A DNA stretch of 64,000 nt. Origin: Desulfobacterales bacterium. GTDB lineage: Bacteria > Desulfobacterota > Desulfobacteria > Desulfobacterales > UBA5616. Both the position numbers and the translations under genes were made by a program. The notes under the pieces were generated by a model. That model saw nothing but the letters and a program-made list of their open reading frames with translations, was not told where the DNA came from and made no database searches. Shown in pieces: positions 1 to 11,175 of the stretch (the stretch's first letter is position 1; each line of letters opens with the position of its first letter). The DNA lies in the NCBI GenBank assembly GCA_046483495.1, contig JAWODC010000036.1, positions 32,001 to 96,000 of the forward strand, written 5' to 3'.

Positions 1-231
1 CGCCTTGAAAACATTTGGCGGTTTCTGTGGTCGAAGGGTGTCGACCGGGAGCAGCTGATTACCGGAAGTATGCTGTCACCGGCAACATGCTGTTTGATCA
101 ATCCCGATAAAGAGCGTACAGTTGAATACGCCTTTTCCACAGTTAAACAAATTGCGCATGTACTGCTTGAAAAGTACTGCAAATATGATATTCAGTTGTC
201 CGCAAAACCCTGAAAGCGAAGGGAGGCACGC

Positions 232-597
232 ATGAAGAAAATACTCATTGCCGATGACATGGCTGAAATTCGAGAACTGGTGAGCCTGACGCTTCAAAGA
301 GGGGATTATGTTATCTATGAAGCCCAAAACGGGAAAGAGGCTGTTGATCTATCGAGAACACATCAACCGGATTTAATCATCATGGACATTTTGATGCCCG
401 GAGAAATCGACGGTCTTGAAGCAACAAGGCATCTGAAAAGCTTCCCGGAAACGAAAGAAATTCCAATCATTCTTCTGACGGGAAAAGGAAAAGAGGTCGA
501 TAAAGAAGAAGGGCTTGCGGCCGGGGCCTTGGACTATTTTGCCAAGCCATTCAGTCCGCTGGCATTGATCCGGAAAGTCGAAGAAATTATCGAATAA
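232..597 (+). CDS. Single-domain response regulator (CheY-like receiver)
   Basis: ILIADD, DLIIMDILMP, LLT and AKPFS receiver motifs; GGAGG RBS upstream. Confidence 0.93.
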   Translation: MKKILIADDMAEIRELVSLTLQRGDYVIYEAQNGKEAVDLSRTHQPDLIIMDILMPGEIDGLEATRHLKSFPETKEIPIILLTGKGKEVDKEEGLAAGALDYFAKPFSPLALIRKVEEIIE

Positions 598-600
598 TGG

Positions 601-1731
601 GTGTTCTTCTCCAAACCCCTAAAGTACGCATCGAAAACAATCGGAATGAAATCGAATCGCTCAAAACGAGGCATCCTTTCCACCACGCTTATCGCCGTAG
701 CGCTTCTTGCCGTTTTGCCCATGCTGTTGACGGTTTACCTGTTTGAACTGGAGCAGATCGCCTTCACGGAAATGATCGTGTTTTACTCCGGCATAGCACT
801 CTTGTGCGTCTTTGCGGGGTATGCACTCCTGAAAAGGTCTTCGGATAAAATCAGAGAGCTTTCAAAAAAAACAACCGAATTTGTAGAACATCAACATATT
901 TCTCCGATAGCACTGGATGCCGAATATGAAATTCAGGCCATAGCGGATAATTTCAATTCACTGACGAGAAATTTGAAAGACGCTCAGAAGGATTTCCGGC
1001 AGCAAAGCGGTCAACTGTTGGCGTATGCCAAAGACTTATCCGAATCCTATCGAAAAATCCGGGAGGAAGAAGCGATAAAAGAAAAGTTAAGCCAGTATGT
1101 CGGCCAAAACGTGGTAAATTGGGTTATCGAATCCAAAGGAGGAATTCTGTCCCGGAACGAAAAAAAGGAAGTAACGGTCCTGTTTGCAGATATTCGGGCA
1201 TTTACCCAGATTGCCGAAACCACCCAAGCCGATGAAATCGTCGACATACTAAACGAATTTTTCTCTCTTATGGTTGAAATTATATTTAAAAATTACGGTG
1301 TATTGGATAAATTTATAGGCGACCAGGTGATGGCGGTTTTCGGCATCATCTCTTCTGAATCACCCCATCTGGACGCCGTTAAAACCGCCCTTGAAATGCA
1401 GGATTCAACCGAAAATCTAATGAAGAAAAGGGCTGAGCACGGCAAAAAAACATTTGAGATCGGGATAGGCGTCAATACGGGAGATGCCATCATTGGAAAT
1501 GTCGGTTCCGAAAACCGGAAGAACTACACCGTAGTGGGGGACAGCGTCAATGTGGCCGGCCGATTGCAGCAGCTCGCAAAGGGTGGTGAAATCGCTGTCG
1601 GTGAAAAAACCTACTCATTGACCAAGGCCTGTTTCAACTATGAAAAAATGGGCCGAATACACGTCAAAAGCAGATCTCAGCCTGTTGCAGTCTATAAACT
1701 GGTAAGAGGCCACGGGTCGAAAAACGTTTGA
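601..1731 (+). CDS. Membrane-anchored class III adenylate cyclase (2 TM, HAMP-like linker); start may be ATG 646
   Basis: VTVLFADIRAFT, DKFIGDQVMAVFG, IGIGVNTG and YTVVGDSVNVAGRL motifs; K/T specificity residues point to ATP. Confidence 0.9.
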   Translation: MFFSKPLKYASKTIGMKSNRSKRGILSTTLIAVALLAVLPMLLTVYLFELEQIAFTEMIVFYSGIALLCVFAGYALLKRSSDKIRELSKKTTEFVEHQHISPIALDAEYEIQAIADNFNSLTRNLKDAQKDFRQQSGQLLAYAKDLSESYRKIREEEAIKEKLSQYVGQNVVNWVIESKGGILSRNEKKEVTVLFADIRAFTQIAETTQADEIVDILNEFFSLMVEIIFKNYGVLDKFIGDQVMAVFGIISSESPHLDAVKTALEMQDSTENLMKKRAEHGKKTFEIGIGVNTGDAIIGNVGSENRKNYTVVGDSVNVAGRLQQLAKGGEIAVGEKTYSLTKACFNYEKMGRIHVKSRSQPVAVYKLVRGHGSKNV

Positions 1732-1844
1732 AATACCGGTCCCGTAACGCCTGCAAAAGGATTCGACTTGGCGGATGTAATTGGCGCAAATTGGACAGAC
1801 TGCAGGATGAGCTGTTCCAAGGCTCATGGAATGGATAAAAACGG

Positions 1845-2825
1845 CTACATTCCCATATCGAAATAGCGCCTCGCCAAAAAGCCGATGACGAAGGAAACAG
1901 CGGCGACCCCCAAGCTGATCAGCATCATTTCCGCAAATCGTCGCTTAAAGCGGTACCCCTTGGCAAATGAAATATAAAAGGTAAAAAGAAAAATAAGCAG
2001 CAAGGCGTTGGCAAGCGTCCATCCAAGGGCCGCTAGATGATGCGCCAAAATAAAAAAAGGCGCAACCAGAATCATCGTAGCGAACAGATATGCTGTCCCG
2101 GTGTAAAAAGATGCCCTGACCGGATTTTTCACCGAACCTTCTTCCGTCCGGATCGACAGGTATTCCGAGCCGGCCATTGAAAGGGATGCGGAAATGCCGG
2201 TTATCAGGCTTATCACGGCAATCATTTGGGTGTTCTGAAGCGCCAGCGTATAGCCGGCGATAGCTCCGGTCAGTTCCACCAGTGCATCATTCAACCCCAG
2301 CACAACCGAACCGGCGTATTGGAGCCGGGTTTCGTCGATGCCGTTCAATGTTTCGTCGTGGCCGCGTTCTCTTCTTTCAACACGCCTGACCGCCTCTGCT
2401 TCGGGAAAATCATGAGTAATCTCACGAAAGGTTTTCTCGGCCATTTCCTCGCTGTATTCCATAAGGCGAAGTGTGAACTGAAGGCCGAATATGCGCGCCG
2501 ATAGGAGATAAGCGAGAATCTTCAGCCGGCTTGGCCGGATATCGACTTTTGTTTGGCGCATTAATATACGATAGTGTGTCAACTCGTCCTCTGCAAGCGA
2601 CTTCAGGGCATTTCGGCGAGACGGCTCCCTGGCTTTTTTCGACAATCGGCTGTAAATGTGGTGCTCGGTAATTTGAGATTTCTGATACTTTAAAATCTGT
2701 TTCCTGATTTTTCCCTGCTTTCGAGTCCCCGCCCGATTAAGCCCGGTGTTTTTTTTCTCAGGTGGAGGAGTCCCAATGTCGTTTCCCTCATTACCCAGTT
2801 CGACCGTTCTCTTTTTATCACCCAT
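1845..2825 (-). CDS. VIT1/CCC1 family protein with N-terminal rubrerythrin/ferritin-like domain
   Basis: EDELTHY ferritin-like motif; VLGLNDALVE and SMAGSEYLS VIT1 motifs; C-terminal TM helices. Start placed at ATG 2825 after a GGAAGG RBS. Confidence 0.85.
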   Translation of the reverse strand: MGDKKRTVELGNEGNDIGTPPPEKKNTGLNRAGTRKQGKIRKQILKYQKSQITEHHIYSRLSKKAREPSRRNALKSLAEDELTHYRILMRQTKVDIRPSRLKILAYLLSARIFGLQFTLRLMEYSEEMAEKTFREITHDFPEAEAVRRVERRERGHDETLNGIDETRLQYAGSVVLGLNDALVELTGAIAGYTLALQNTQMIAVISLITGISASLSMAGSEYLSIRTEEGSVKNPVRASFYTGTAYLFATMILVAPFFILAHHLAALGWTLANALLLIFLFTFYISFAKGYRFKRRFAEMMLISLGVAAVSFVIGFLARRYFDMGM

Positions 2826-3236
2826 CTTGCCCTTCCTTCCGCTGCTTCTCGGCATGCGAAACGACCATAAGGTGCTTCTTTTTCATATTCTAAAAAAAAT
2901 AGTGAAGCTTTTTCAGGTGTCAAGATGCGATGAGTACTGTTTCGGACCCAAAACGCATTTTCGTGCCTGAGGCCTCTTGATTCACAAAGCCGGGAAACAG
3001 AGCGAAAACGAAGTCTACGATGCCAAAACAGCCCGAAATGCGTTTGTTTTTCTTGCCAATGTTTATCCGTTGAGGTATTGATGTGCCTTACCTTTCAATA
3101 AACCGCGCGGATGGCCAAGCGGGGGCATGTGCACATTTGATGAGCATCTTTCTACACGATTAACTGCTTATCACGATTCTTGTTTGACACCACGGATGCA
3201 TACCTCCCCCAATGGTGCGTTGTATGTCTCTTTTGA

Positions 3237-3278
3237 CCGCCTGAACTAAAGCGAATTTTCTCATTTTCAGATGGACCT
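3237..3278 (-). repeat. Terminal fragment of the ~142-bp palindromic dispersed repeat (subfamily A)
   Basis: ccgcctgaactaaagcgaattttctcattttcagatggac closely matches the reverse complement of the first ~45 nt of the copy at 29965; followed by TA. Confidence 0.7.
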
Positions 3279-3315
3279 TAATAATAAAAATTCAAATGAT
3301 GAAAGCGAGGAAAAC

Positions 3316-5025
3316 ATGACGGCTGAAATGAGCTATCCGGAATACTCATCGAAATACCCGCTGCTCGTTAAAAATCTAATGGAACGGCCGCTTTATCTTT
3401 ACCCGGATGATACAGCCATGGTGTATCGAAATGACGGCGGGGAATATTTCCGATTTACGTGGCGCCAGTGGCACGAAAGAACGTGCCGGCTTGCGCATGG
3501 CCTCGAGAAGCTCGGTGTGAAACCGGGTGACCGGGTGGCTACCATGGCTCTGAACCACCACTGGCACATGGAAGCCATATATGCCTCCATATGCAGCGGC
3601 GCCATTTCCCATCCGATTAACGTGCGCCTGTCATTAGACCACATGGCCTATACCATCACCCATGCCGAAGACAAAATTATCTTCATCGATAAAGATATTC
3701 TGCCGTTGGTCGAACTGCTTTATGACCGGATTAAAGGATCGGTTCAGGCGTTTATCTACATGTCGGAAAAAACGGAGCTGCCGGACACGAAAATCGAGCC
3801 GCTCTACTCCCAGGAAACATTGATCGAAGATGAACCTGCCATGTTCGATTGGCCGGACTTAGACGAAACGACACACGCGGTGCTGTATTACACCACCGGC
3901 ACCACAGGCCTTCCCAAAGGCGCCCTGTATACGAATCGCCAGATTTATTTGCATGCAGTTCATTCGGTGATGCTTGCCGGGTTAGCCGTCCGTATGCCGG
4001 ATGAACCCCCGAGACCCAACCAGACCATTTCCATGGTCAATGTACCTCTGTTTCACATCCATGCCTGGGGCACACCGTTTCAGGGAGCATTATCGTGCAC
4101 CAAAATGGTATTTCCCGGCAGATTTACAGCCGAAGCCTTCTGTGAACTGGTACAAACCGAAAAGGTAAACACGACGGCAATGGTGCCCACGATGCTGGCC
4201 ATGCTCCTGGAATACCCGGATATCGGAAAATGGGATCTCAGCAGTTTGACCAATATTATCATCGGCGGGGGGGCATTGCCGCTGGGCCTTAAATTAAAAG
4301 CGGAAAAACTGTTTCCCAGCATGAAGGCCACCTCGGGTTACGGAATGACCGAAACCATGGCCGGTGTGATCGGTGCTGCGGTGAAGCGGGATATGGTGGA
4401 TTGGCCGTCTGAAAAAATCGATGAGATTTTCGTTAAAACGGGGCTTGCCTATTCGCCGGCAATCGAGGCCCGGGTGGTGGACGAAAACGGGGCCGATGTG
4501 CCCCATGACAATGAGACGATTGGTGAAATCATTCTCAGGGGCCATTGGATCATGGAAACGTATTTCAAGGAACCGGAACGCACGAAAGATGCATGGAGAG
4601 ACGGTTGGTTTCATACCGGTGATGCGGCTAAAATCGACCGGAACGGATATATCACTATTGTCGATCGTATCACCGACGTCATCCGAAGCGGTTCGGAAAT
4701 GGTGCCCACGGTACTGTTGGAAAACTTGACCAACAACGCGGATTTTGTGCTGGAGGCCACCTATGTGGGTGTTCCGGATGAGAAGTGGGGTGAAGTCCCC
4801 ATGGCTATTGTAAAAGTCATGCCCGGAATGAAGAAAAAGGAGGAGGACCTCATGGATTTTCTCCGGCGGCATGGTGTAGATGCCGGTAAAATAACGCGAT
4901 GGATGCTTCCGGTATATGTGTCGTTTGTGGATGAAATTCCCAAAACTTCCGTTGGAAAATTCAATAAACTGGAGGTTCGCAGGCACATCGACGATTTCCT
5001 GAAAAAGGCCAGAAAAGTCCGGTAG
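3316..5025 (+). CDS. Long/medium-chain fatty-acid--CoA ligase (AMP-binding)
   Basis: YTTGTTGLPKG, GYGMTET, WFHTGD and PKTSVGKF motifs; GAGG RBS before ATG 3316. Confidence 0.92.
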   Translation: MTAEMSYPEYSSKYPLLVKNLMERPLYLYPDDTAMVYRNDGGEYFRFTWRQWHERTCRLAHGLEKLGVKPGDRVATMALNHHWHMEAIYASICSGAISHPINVRLSLDHMAYTITHAEDKIIFIDKDILPLVELLYDRIKGSVQAFIYMSEKTELPDTKIEPLYSQETLIEDEPAMFDWPDLDETTHAVLYYTTGTTGLPKGALYTNRQIYLHAVHSVMLAGLAVRMPDEPPRPNQTISMVNVPLFHIHAWGTPFQGALSCTKMVFPGRFTAEAFCELVQTEKVNTTAMVPTMLAMLLEYPDIGKWDLSSLTNIIIGGGALPLGLKLKAEKLFPSMKATSGYGMTETMAGVIGAAVKRDMVDWPSEKIDEIFVKTGLAYSPAIEARVVDENGADVPHDNETIGEIILRGHWIMETYFKEPERTKDAWRDGWFHTGDAAKIDRNGYITIVDRITDVIRSGSEMVPTVLLENLTNNADFVLEATYVGVPDEKWGEVPMAIVKVMPGMKKKEEDLMDFLRRHGVDAGKITRWMLPVYVSFVDEIPKTSVGKFNKLEVRRHIDDFLKKARKVR

Positions 5026-5072
5026 TGATCATCGGCTCTTCATCGATTCTTGAATGCGATGGACCAAAATCT

Positions 5073-8000
5073 CTAATATCGCATCTTTTTCAGTTCATCG
5101 GACAAGCCAAGGATCCCGTCAAAATCGAAATCGTTTACCAGTTGAGCGATTCTGTCGCGGTAAGGCGCAAATGCGGGCGAACGGGAAGCCATTTCTTCGG
5201 CAATATTCGAAAGTCCGGAGATATCCCCGATTTCGGCAGCCGCGCGCAATTTTTCGGCGGCCTCTCCGGCAAGTTCGGGAGACAGCCGACCGTCGGGTTC
5301 GAGCGTGGGCGAAGGAACCGTTTCGAAGGTTGTTTCCTTCAGGTGCCGGGCGGACCGCAGCGCATGGTCCATTTCTGTTTTAAAGGAGGAAAACGCCTTT
5401 TCCAAGGCATCCGGTCGCGGCGGATTTTCCCTGCTTGCATGTTTGACCAGGTCCACCAATTCCTCGGCGGCACCCTGCAAGTCGACGGCGGCCAGATTGC
5501 CGGCAAGCCCTTTTATGTCGTGGGCGACTTGGTGGGCCAGTTGATAATTTCCGGCATCCAGTGCCTTTCGAATATCATCGGACTTCCCCGTGTAATGGTC
5601 TGCAAATTGGACCAAAAGCTGCCGGTATAACGCCTTGTTTCCCTGAAGGCGCTTCAGCCCTTCCGAGAGGTCGAATCCGTCCAAAGAAGCCGGAATATAC
5701 TGCTTTCCCGTTGTCGACATAGCGGGTTCGGCATCGGCATTGTCGTCTATATCCGAAGAGATTGGCGCCGGCTTGACAGGAGGGGAGTAGGATCGAACCC
5801 ATCGAGCCAAAACGCTGTAGAGCTTTTCCGGATCGATGGGTTTGGTGATATGATCGTCCATCCCGGCTTCTATGCTCTTTTCATGGTCGCCTGCCATCGC
5901 ATGGGCCGTCATGGCGATGATGGGAAGTTGTCTAAATCGCACATCCCGGCGAATGGCCCGGGTGGCCGTGTAGCCGTCCATCACCGGCATCTGCACATCC
6001 ATGAGAACCGCGTCGAAGGGCCTCATCTTTATCGCATCCACGGCTTCCCGGCCGTTATTGGCCAACGAGGCCTCGACACCCGCGGCGGCAAGAATTTCCT
6101 TGGCGACCTGCTGGTTGATCACGTTGTCTTCAACCAGCAGAACCCGAACGCCTTTGAGGCCTCTCAACACATCGAAACCCGGCCGCTTGCCGTCGGCCGG
6201 AACCTTTTTTTTCGCCGTGTCTTCTTTTACCAGAGCGTTCATGATGGTGTCGAACATCACTGAAGATCGGATGGGCTTGATCAGGAAACCGTCCAGACCG
6301 GCCGCCTGCGCCTGCCACAGGATTTCCTCCCGGCCGTAGGCACTTACCATGACGATCGGAGGAACCGGAGTCAATCCCGGCATTTTTTTTATCCGCTTCG
6401 AGACCTCGATGCCGTCCATCCCCGGCAGCTTCCAATCGACAATGATAATATCGAAAGGCCCTTTTTCGATCGATTGTGCGACCGCCCGCAGTCCTTCTTC
6501 GCCGGAGGCCGCCAGCGTGACCTTAAAGGTAAAGGATTCCAGCATCTTCTTAAAAATTTCGCGGGAAGTTGGATTGTCATCCACAACCAATACATGAATG
6601 CCCCGCAATTCAGGCGGCGGCACATAGCGGATTCTTTCCCCCTCCTGGACGGTGCCGAAAACAGCGGTAAAGAAAAAGGTGCTCCCGATACCGGGGGTGC
6701 TCTTCACCCAGATCCGGCCGCCCATCATCTCCACGAGCCGCCGGCTGATGGCCAGCCCCAATCCGCTTCCTCCATATTTGCGCGTAACGGACGTGTCCCC
6801 CTGACTGAAAGAGGTGAACAGTCGTGCGATTTGCTCCTCCGTCAGACCGATGCCTGTATCGCGCACGGAAAACTGGATGAGTGCTTTTTTATTGGACATT
6901 TCGACCAATTCCGTAGAAACCACGATTTCACCCCGATCGGTAAATTTAATCGCGTTATTCGTGAGGTTTACCAGCACCTGTCCGAGGCGAAGCGGATCTC
7001 CAACCAACGATCGGGGCACGTCTTCGGCAATATGAAACAGCACCTCGAGACCTTCTTTTTCCTGCGCTTTGATCGTAATCTGGGTGAAGAGGTTATCCAA
7101 AACCTCTTCCAGATTGAAGCTGATGGATTCCAAATTCATTTTACCGGCTTCGATCTTGGAAACGTCCAGGATATCATTGATCACGGCCAGAAGCGAGTTG
7201 GCGGATATCTGAATTTTGTTAAGATAATCGCGTTGCTTAGTACTCAGGTCCGTATTGAGCGCCAGGTGCGTCATGCCGAGAATGGCGTTCATGGGTGTGC
7301 GGATCTCGTGACTCATATTGGCCAGAAAATCACTCTTCGCCCGAGTCGCCGCCTCGGCCTTGTTCCGGGCGATGATCAGTTCCTCCTCCATCTTTTTGTG
7401 GCGGGTGATATCCGTGACCATTGCGAAAGAGCCGGTTTTCACGCCGTTTTTATCATAGAGCGGGGTCGCGTGAAAAAGGCACAGCACCTTTGATCCATCC
7501 GGCCGGTCAAGGGCGATTTCATAGACACCCTTTTCACCGAAAGCTCTTCGTTTGAGCTGCTCGCGCATAATCGGAGCATTTTTTCTATCGAGAAATGCAA
7601 AGGCGGATTTGCTTATAATCTCCTCACGGGGCCTTTCTAAAAACCGGCACATCGTATCGTTGACGTCCAGCGTACGGGCTTCATTGTCCACCAACCAGAA
7701 GCCTTCGTTGGTCGTCGTCAAAATGCTTTTGAGACGGTATTCGCTCTCCTTGATCGCCTCCTCGGCTTTCTTGCGCTTCGTTATGTCACGGAATACCACG
7801 ACCGATCCGATAATGGAATCGCCTCTGCGCTGCGGGACGCTGGTATAAGAAATATCGAAAAATGACCCGTCTTTTCGCCAGAACACCTCATCCCTTCGAA
7901 AGCTGGAGATGCCTTGCGTATACGCGCTATAAATGGGGCAGTCTTTTTCAAGATGCGGTGATCCGTCGGGATTCGAATGGTGGAACAGATCGTGTATGGA

Positions 8001-8867
8001 TTGTCCGATGATTTCGTCGAGGGAATAGCCCAGCATATTTTGCGCCGCTTCATTGGCAAAGGTGCATCGGCCCTTTTTATCCGTCCCGAAAATCCCCTCG
8101 GCCACGGACTGCAGAATCAGGCGGCTGTATTCCTCCGATTCCTTGAGTTTCTCTGTTCTGTCCTCTACCAATTTTTCCAGATGGGATTTGTAGCGCATTA
8201 ATTCCGATTTGGCCTGTTCGGACTCTTCCGCGCTGATCTTACAGGCGCTGAGCGCATCCTCGGCGTTGATGCGCTCCCGGCTCACATAGGCCGCCAGCCG
8301 CGAAAACCCCGTGAGAAACGATATGACCGCAGAAAATTTCGCCTCTGAAAGCGTTGGAATCGCTTCCATTTCCTGCAGGTATGTCTGCACATCATAGCCG
8401 AATGCCGCAGCTTGCTGTTTACAATCGTCCCTGTCAATTTCACTTTGGAAAAATTGCCCTACAAAAGCATCGGCCAAATGCCTTTCATTGACGATGATCG
8501 GCAAAGCAATCAAGGAAAGCCCGTTTTTGCAGCGGCAAATAGAAAATTCTCCATCTTTCTCGAGATCCGGAAAAACCTCAGCACCGTTTTGGAAGCGCCC
8601 TGATTCAGGCAGTCCGTCGGATAGATGCATTGCATGGCATATGGGCCGCCAACCCTCCTCGAAGATAACATTGCCGTGCACATCAACAACGGAAAGGGCA
8701 ACCCCGACGGCATTGCAGAACCCCTTGAGAATGGGAACCAACGTATCGAAATTCAGCAGCGCCGGTAAGGATTCAGCTCCCGCTTCACTTGTTGTGTTCG
8801 GGTTATGGTCAGACGCGTTGGTCTGACGTGCGTTCTGTTTTTTCGTTTTCTTAGACGCCGGGGCCAT
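5073..8867 (-). CDS. Hybrid sensor histidine kinase: PocR-PAS-PAS-HisKA-HATPase-REC-REC-Hpt
   Basis: PocR-like [43 protein letters not shown] and GSGLGL; two receiver domains; Hpt [11 protein letters not shown]. Confidence 0.93.
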   Translation of the reverse strand: MAPASKKTKKQNARQTNASDHNPNTTSEAGAESLPALLNFDTLVPILKGFCNAVGVALSVVDVHGNVIFEEGWRPICHAMHLSDGLPESGRFQNGAEVFPDLEKDGEFSICRCKNGLSLIALPIIVNERHLADAFVGQFFQSEIDRDDCKQQAAAFGYDVQTYLQEMEAIPTLSEAKFSAVISFLTGFSRLAAYVSRERINAEDALSACKISAEESEQAKSELMRYKSHLEKLVEDRTEKLKESEEYSRLILQSVAEGIFGTDKKGRCTFANEAAQNMLGYSLDEIIGQSIHDLFHHSNPDGSPHLEKDCPIYSAYTQGISSFRRDEVFWRKDGSFFDISYTSVPQRRGDSIIGSVVVFRDITKRKKAEEAIKESEYRLKSILTTTNEGFWLVDNEARTLDVNDTMCRFLERPREEIISKSAFAFLDRKNAPIMREQLKRRAFGEKGVYEIALDRPDGSKVLCLFHATPLYDKNGVKTGSFAMVTDITRHKKMEEELIIARNKAEAATRAKSDFLANMSHEIRTPMNAILGMTHLALNTDLSTKQRDYLNKIQISANSLLAVINDILDVSKIEAGKMNLESISFNLEEVLDNLFTQITIKAQEKEGLEVLFHIAEDVPRSLVGDPLRLGQVLVNLTNNAIKFTDRGEIVVSTELVEMSNKKALIQFSVRDTGIGLTEEQIARLFTSFSQGDTSVTRKYGGSGLGLAISRRLVEMMGGRIWVKSTPGIGSTFFFTAVFGTVQEGERIRYVPPPELRGIHVLVVDDNPTSREIFKKMLESFTFKVTLAASGEEGLRAVAQSIEKGPFDIIIVDWKLPGMDGIEVSKRIKKMPGLTPVPPIVMVSAYGREEILWQAQAAGLDGFLIKPIRSSVMFDTIMNALVKEDTAKKKVPADGKRPGFDVLRGLKGVRVLLVEDNVINQQVAKEILAAAGVEASLANNGREAVDAIKMRPFDAVLMDVQMPVMDGYTATRAIRRDVRFRQLPIIAMTAHAMAGDHEKSIEAGMDDHITKPIDPEKLYSVLARWVRSYSPPVKPAPISSDIDDNADAEPAMSTTGKQYIPASLDGFDLSEGLKRLQGNKALYRQLLVQFADHYTGKSDDIRKALDAGNYQLAHQVAHDIKGLAGNLAAVDLQGAAEELVDLVKHASRENPPRPDALEKAFSSFKTEMDHALRSARHLKETTFETVPSPTLEPDGRLSPELAGEAAEKLRAAAEIGDISGLSNIAEEMASRSPAFAPYRDRIAQLVNDFDFDGILGLSDELKKMRY

Positions 8868-8950
8868 TTCCCCCCTTTTCTCAATCTGCCTGCGGCCCTA
8901 CAATGCTTCGCATGGGGCATCCACTTTCACACCGGCAGCGCCGCTGCAGT

Positions 8951-10102
8951 TCATTCAACAGCCATGATCAGCACTGCCTGATCATCATCAGCCGGATGGG
9001 CACCGGCAAATCGAGAAACATCTTCGACAATTTCTCTGATCACGGCATTCGGTTCGTCGGCAGCCGAGGCGCCGAATCGCCGCAGCAGGCGGTCTGTCCC
9101 GTAGCGCTCCTGCGCTTCATTGAATCGATCCGTCACACCATCCGTATAGAACAGCAGGCGGTCGCCGGCTTGAAGCCTCATTTCCGTAATCGGAACCCGG
9201 TCATACGGCTTGAACCCCATAAGGGATACGCCGTCACAATCAATTTCAACGGCCGAATTTCCACCCGAACGGCGGTAAATGGGCAGCGGATGTCCGGCAC
9301 GCGCGATTTTCAGGTTTTTCGTGTCGGGGTTATACAGGGCGCAGATCGCCGTGACAAAGCTCTCAAGGTTCACTTTGCAAAGGGTGTCGTTGATGTAAGA
9401 AAGAATCTTGTCAGGCTCATCCAGGCAGGCCGAACATGAACGGAAAAGAGAACACGTCATGGCCATCAAAACTGTCGCCGGAGCGCTATGGCCCTCCGCA
9501 TCCGCCACCAATAAGACGAGCTTGCCGTCGGGAAGTTTTGCCAAGTCGTAGTAATCACCACCCGTATAGCGGCTGGTTTCATAATGTACGACAAGTTCAA
9601 CCCCCTTGACCCGGGGCAGATGATCAGGCAAAAGATCCCGTTGGATTTGGGCCACGACGTTCAGCTCGTGCTCCAGTTCATCCCGCTGCTCTCGAACCGC
9701 CCGGCTCAACTTGTGAATGGTCAGGTGGGTGTTCACCCGGGCGATGACTTCCTCAGGCTGAAAGGGCTTGGCAATGTAGTCCACAGCCCCAAGCTGCAGG
9801 CCGCGCACTTTATCTTCCGTCTCGTCCAACGCCGAAAGAAAAATGACGGGAATTTTTCGGGTATCCGGATGCGCTTTTAATCGACGGCACACTTCGAAGC
9901 CGTCAATACCCGGCATCATGATGTCCAACAAAATAAGATCCGGATGCGCTTTTTCGACGATCGTCAATGCCGCCTCGCCGGTTTTGGCTACCAGCAGTTT
10001 GCAGCCGAACCGCTCAAGTGTATTCATCAACACCTGAAGGTTGGCCGGCTGGTCATCAACCAGGAGAATGGATTCGGTGATGTGCTCATTTTCTTCCGTC
10101 AT
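8951..10102 (-). CDS. Response regulator with SpoIIE/PP2C phosphatase domain (RsbU-like)
   Basis: N-terminal receiver; GGDYYD, VADAEGH, YTDGVT and ADDD PP2C motifs. Confidence 0.92.
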   Translation of the reverse strand: MTEENEHITESILLVDDQPANLQVLMNTLERFGCKLLVAKTGEAALTIVEKAHPDLILLDIMMPGIDGFEVCRRLKAHPDTRKIPVIFLSALDETEDKVRGLQLGAVDYIAKPFQPEEVIARVNTHLTIHKLSRAVREQRDELEHELNVVAQIQRDLLPDHLPRVKGVELVVHYETSRYTGGDYYDLAKLPDGKLVLLVADAEGHSAPATVLMAMTCSLFRSCSACLDEPDKILSYINDTLCKVNLESFVTAICALYNPDTKNLKIARAGHPLPIYRRSGGNSAVEIDCDGVSLMGFKPYDRVPITEMRLQAGDRLLFYTDGVTDRFNEAQERYGTDRLLRRFGASAADEPNAVIREIVEDVSRFAGAHPADDDQAVLIMAVE

Positions 10103-10183
10103 TCTTTCCCTTTACATGGGACTTCAAACGAAGATCCTGCAAACGAGGTTGAACCGGGCCGAACTGTTCCGGCACAGGGAATT

Positions 10184-10627
10184 TCAAGTAGTCGGTTCCT
10201 CGATGTTCAGGTGCTTGCTCATGGTCAAGATATTTCGGCCCTGGACCACCTCATAGTTGATTTCATCCATGAGGTTTTTCAGAATGAAGGTGCCCATTCC
10301 CCGCTCAGGAAGCATCTCAACCTTCCTTGGATCGAACTGAAAGGGTTTGATTTTTGATAGATCTATACGTTCTCCACAATCCCGGAGTTGCATTGTCAAT
10401 CGGTCCGGGTAAAGCTGAATGTCCATTTCCAACGAATGCCCCGCTTCACAATGGTAGGCATGTTTGATCACATTGGTAACGGCTTCTACGGCACAAAGTT
10501 CGAGATGGTAAATGCCCGTTGCATCCATGGACAGCATTTCGGCTATGCCCCGAACGGCGGCGCCGACCAGGGCACAGTTTTCCAACCGGCTTTCGATAAT
10601 CACTCTTATGATTCGGATGGTTTCCAA
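10184..10627 (-). CDS. Anti-sigma factor / Ser kinase (RsbW-like HATPase)
   Basis: EAVTNVIKHAY and ERGMGTFILKNLMD motifs; TTG start. Confidence 0.9.
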   Translation of the reverse strand: METIRIIRVIIESRLENCALVGAAVRGIAEMLSMDATGIYHLELCAVEAVTNVIKHAYHCEAGHSLEMDIQLYPDRLTMQLRDCGERIDLSKIKPFQFDPRKVEMLPERGMGTFILKNLMDEINYEVVQGRNILTMSKHLNIEEPTT

Positions 10628-10632
10628 GGGTG

Positions 10633-10977
10633 TTACCCCTTTTCAGAAATCGCTTTTAATGCCTCTTCTTCCGAACCGAAAATGTCGAATACCCGATCCA
10701 TACGGGTCAAACGGAAAAGGCTCATGACGGTTTCTTTTACGGTGCAAATCACAATTTTCCCCTCATTGCCGATCTTCTTGAGACCCGAGACGATGGCTCC
10801 AAGACCGCTGCTGTCCATGAAATCCACTTTGGAAAGATTGAGCACGATTCTGCGGTTCCCGGAATCTATCCAATCGCTTATCTTTTGGTGAAAATCCGTT
10901 GCAGTAGCAGCGTCGATCCTTTTTTCCAAGGGCCTCACAATCAAGACATCCGCTATTTTATTTTCCTGCAGTCGCAT
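10633..10977 (-). CDS. STAS-domain anti-sigma factor antagonist (RsbV-like)
   Basis: VDFMDSSGLGAIV phospho-Ser motif; start at ATG 10977 after GGAAGG. Confidence 0.92.
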   Translation of the reverse strand: MRLQENKIADVLIVRPLEKRIDAATATDFHQKISDWIDSGNRRIVLNLSKVDFMDSSGLGAIVSGLKKIGNEGKIVICTVKETVMSLFRLTRMDRVFDIFGSEEEALKAISEKG

Positions 10978-11175
10978 AGCATCCTTCCATGTAAATATTT
11001 TCCGATTCATATCACGATTGCATGAACTCGAGTATCAACCGGTCATTGCTTTTTATACCAAATGAGTCGCCTGAAATCAAAGAATCATTTCATGCGGTAT
11101 TCGCCGCAAAAGAACCACAAACAATGCAGAAAGCACTCCCCTGCCGGGAATGCCCGATAGAAATTTCGGACAAAA

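Noticed and set aside
1..110. Possible 3' end of an upstream gene (ALKHLAVSVVEG...FDQSR*)
   Set aside because: Too short, and no motif supports a call.
3271..3315. ORF-track start at 3271 for the CoA ligase
   Set aside because: That ATG lies within a repeat remnant; ATG 3316 has the RBS.
6474..7493. Long antisense ORFs (e.g. 6474-7493, 16765-17562, 47904-48674, 50127-50933)
   Set aside because: Shadow frames opposite well-supported genes, with no recognisable motifs.
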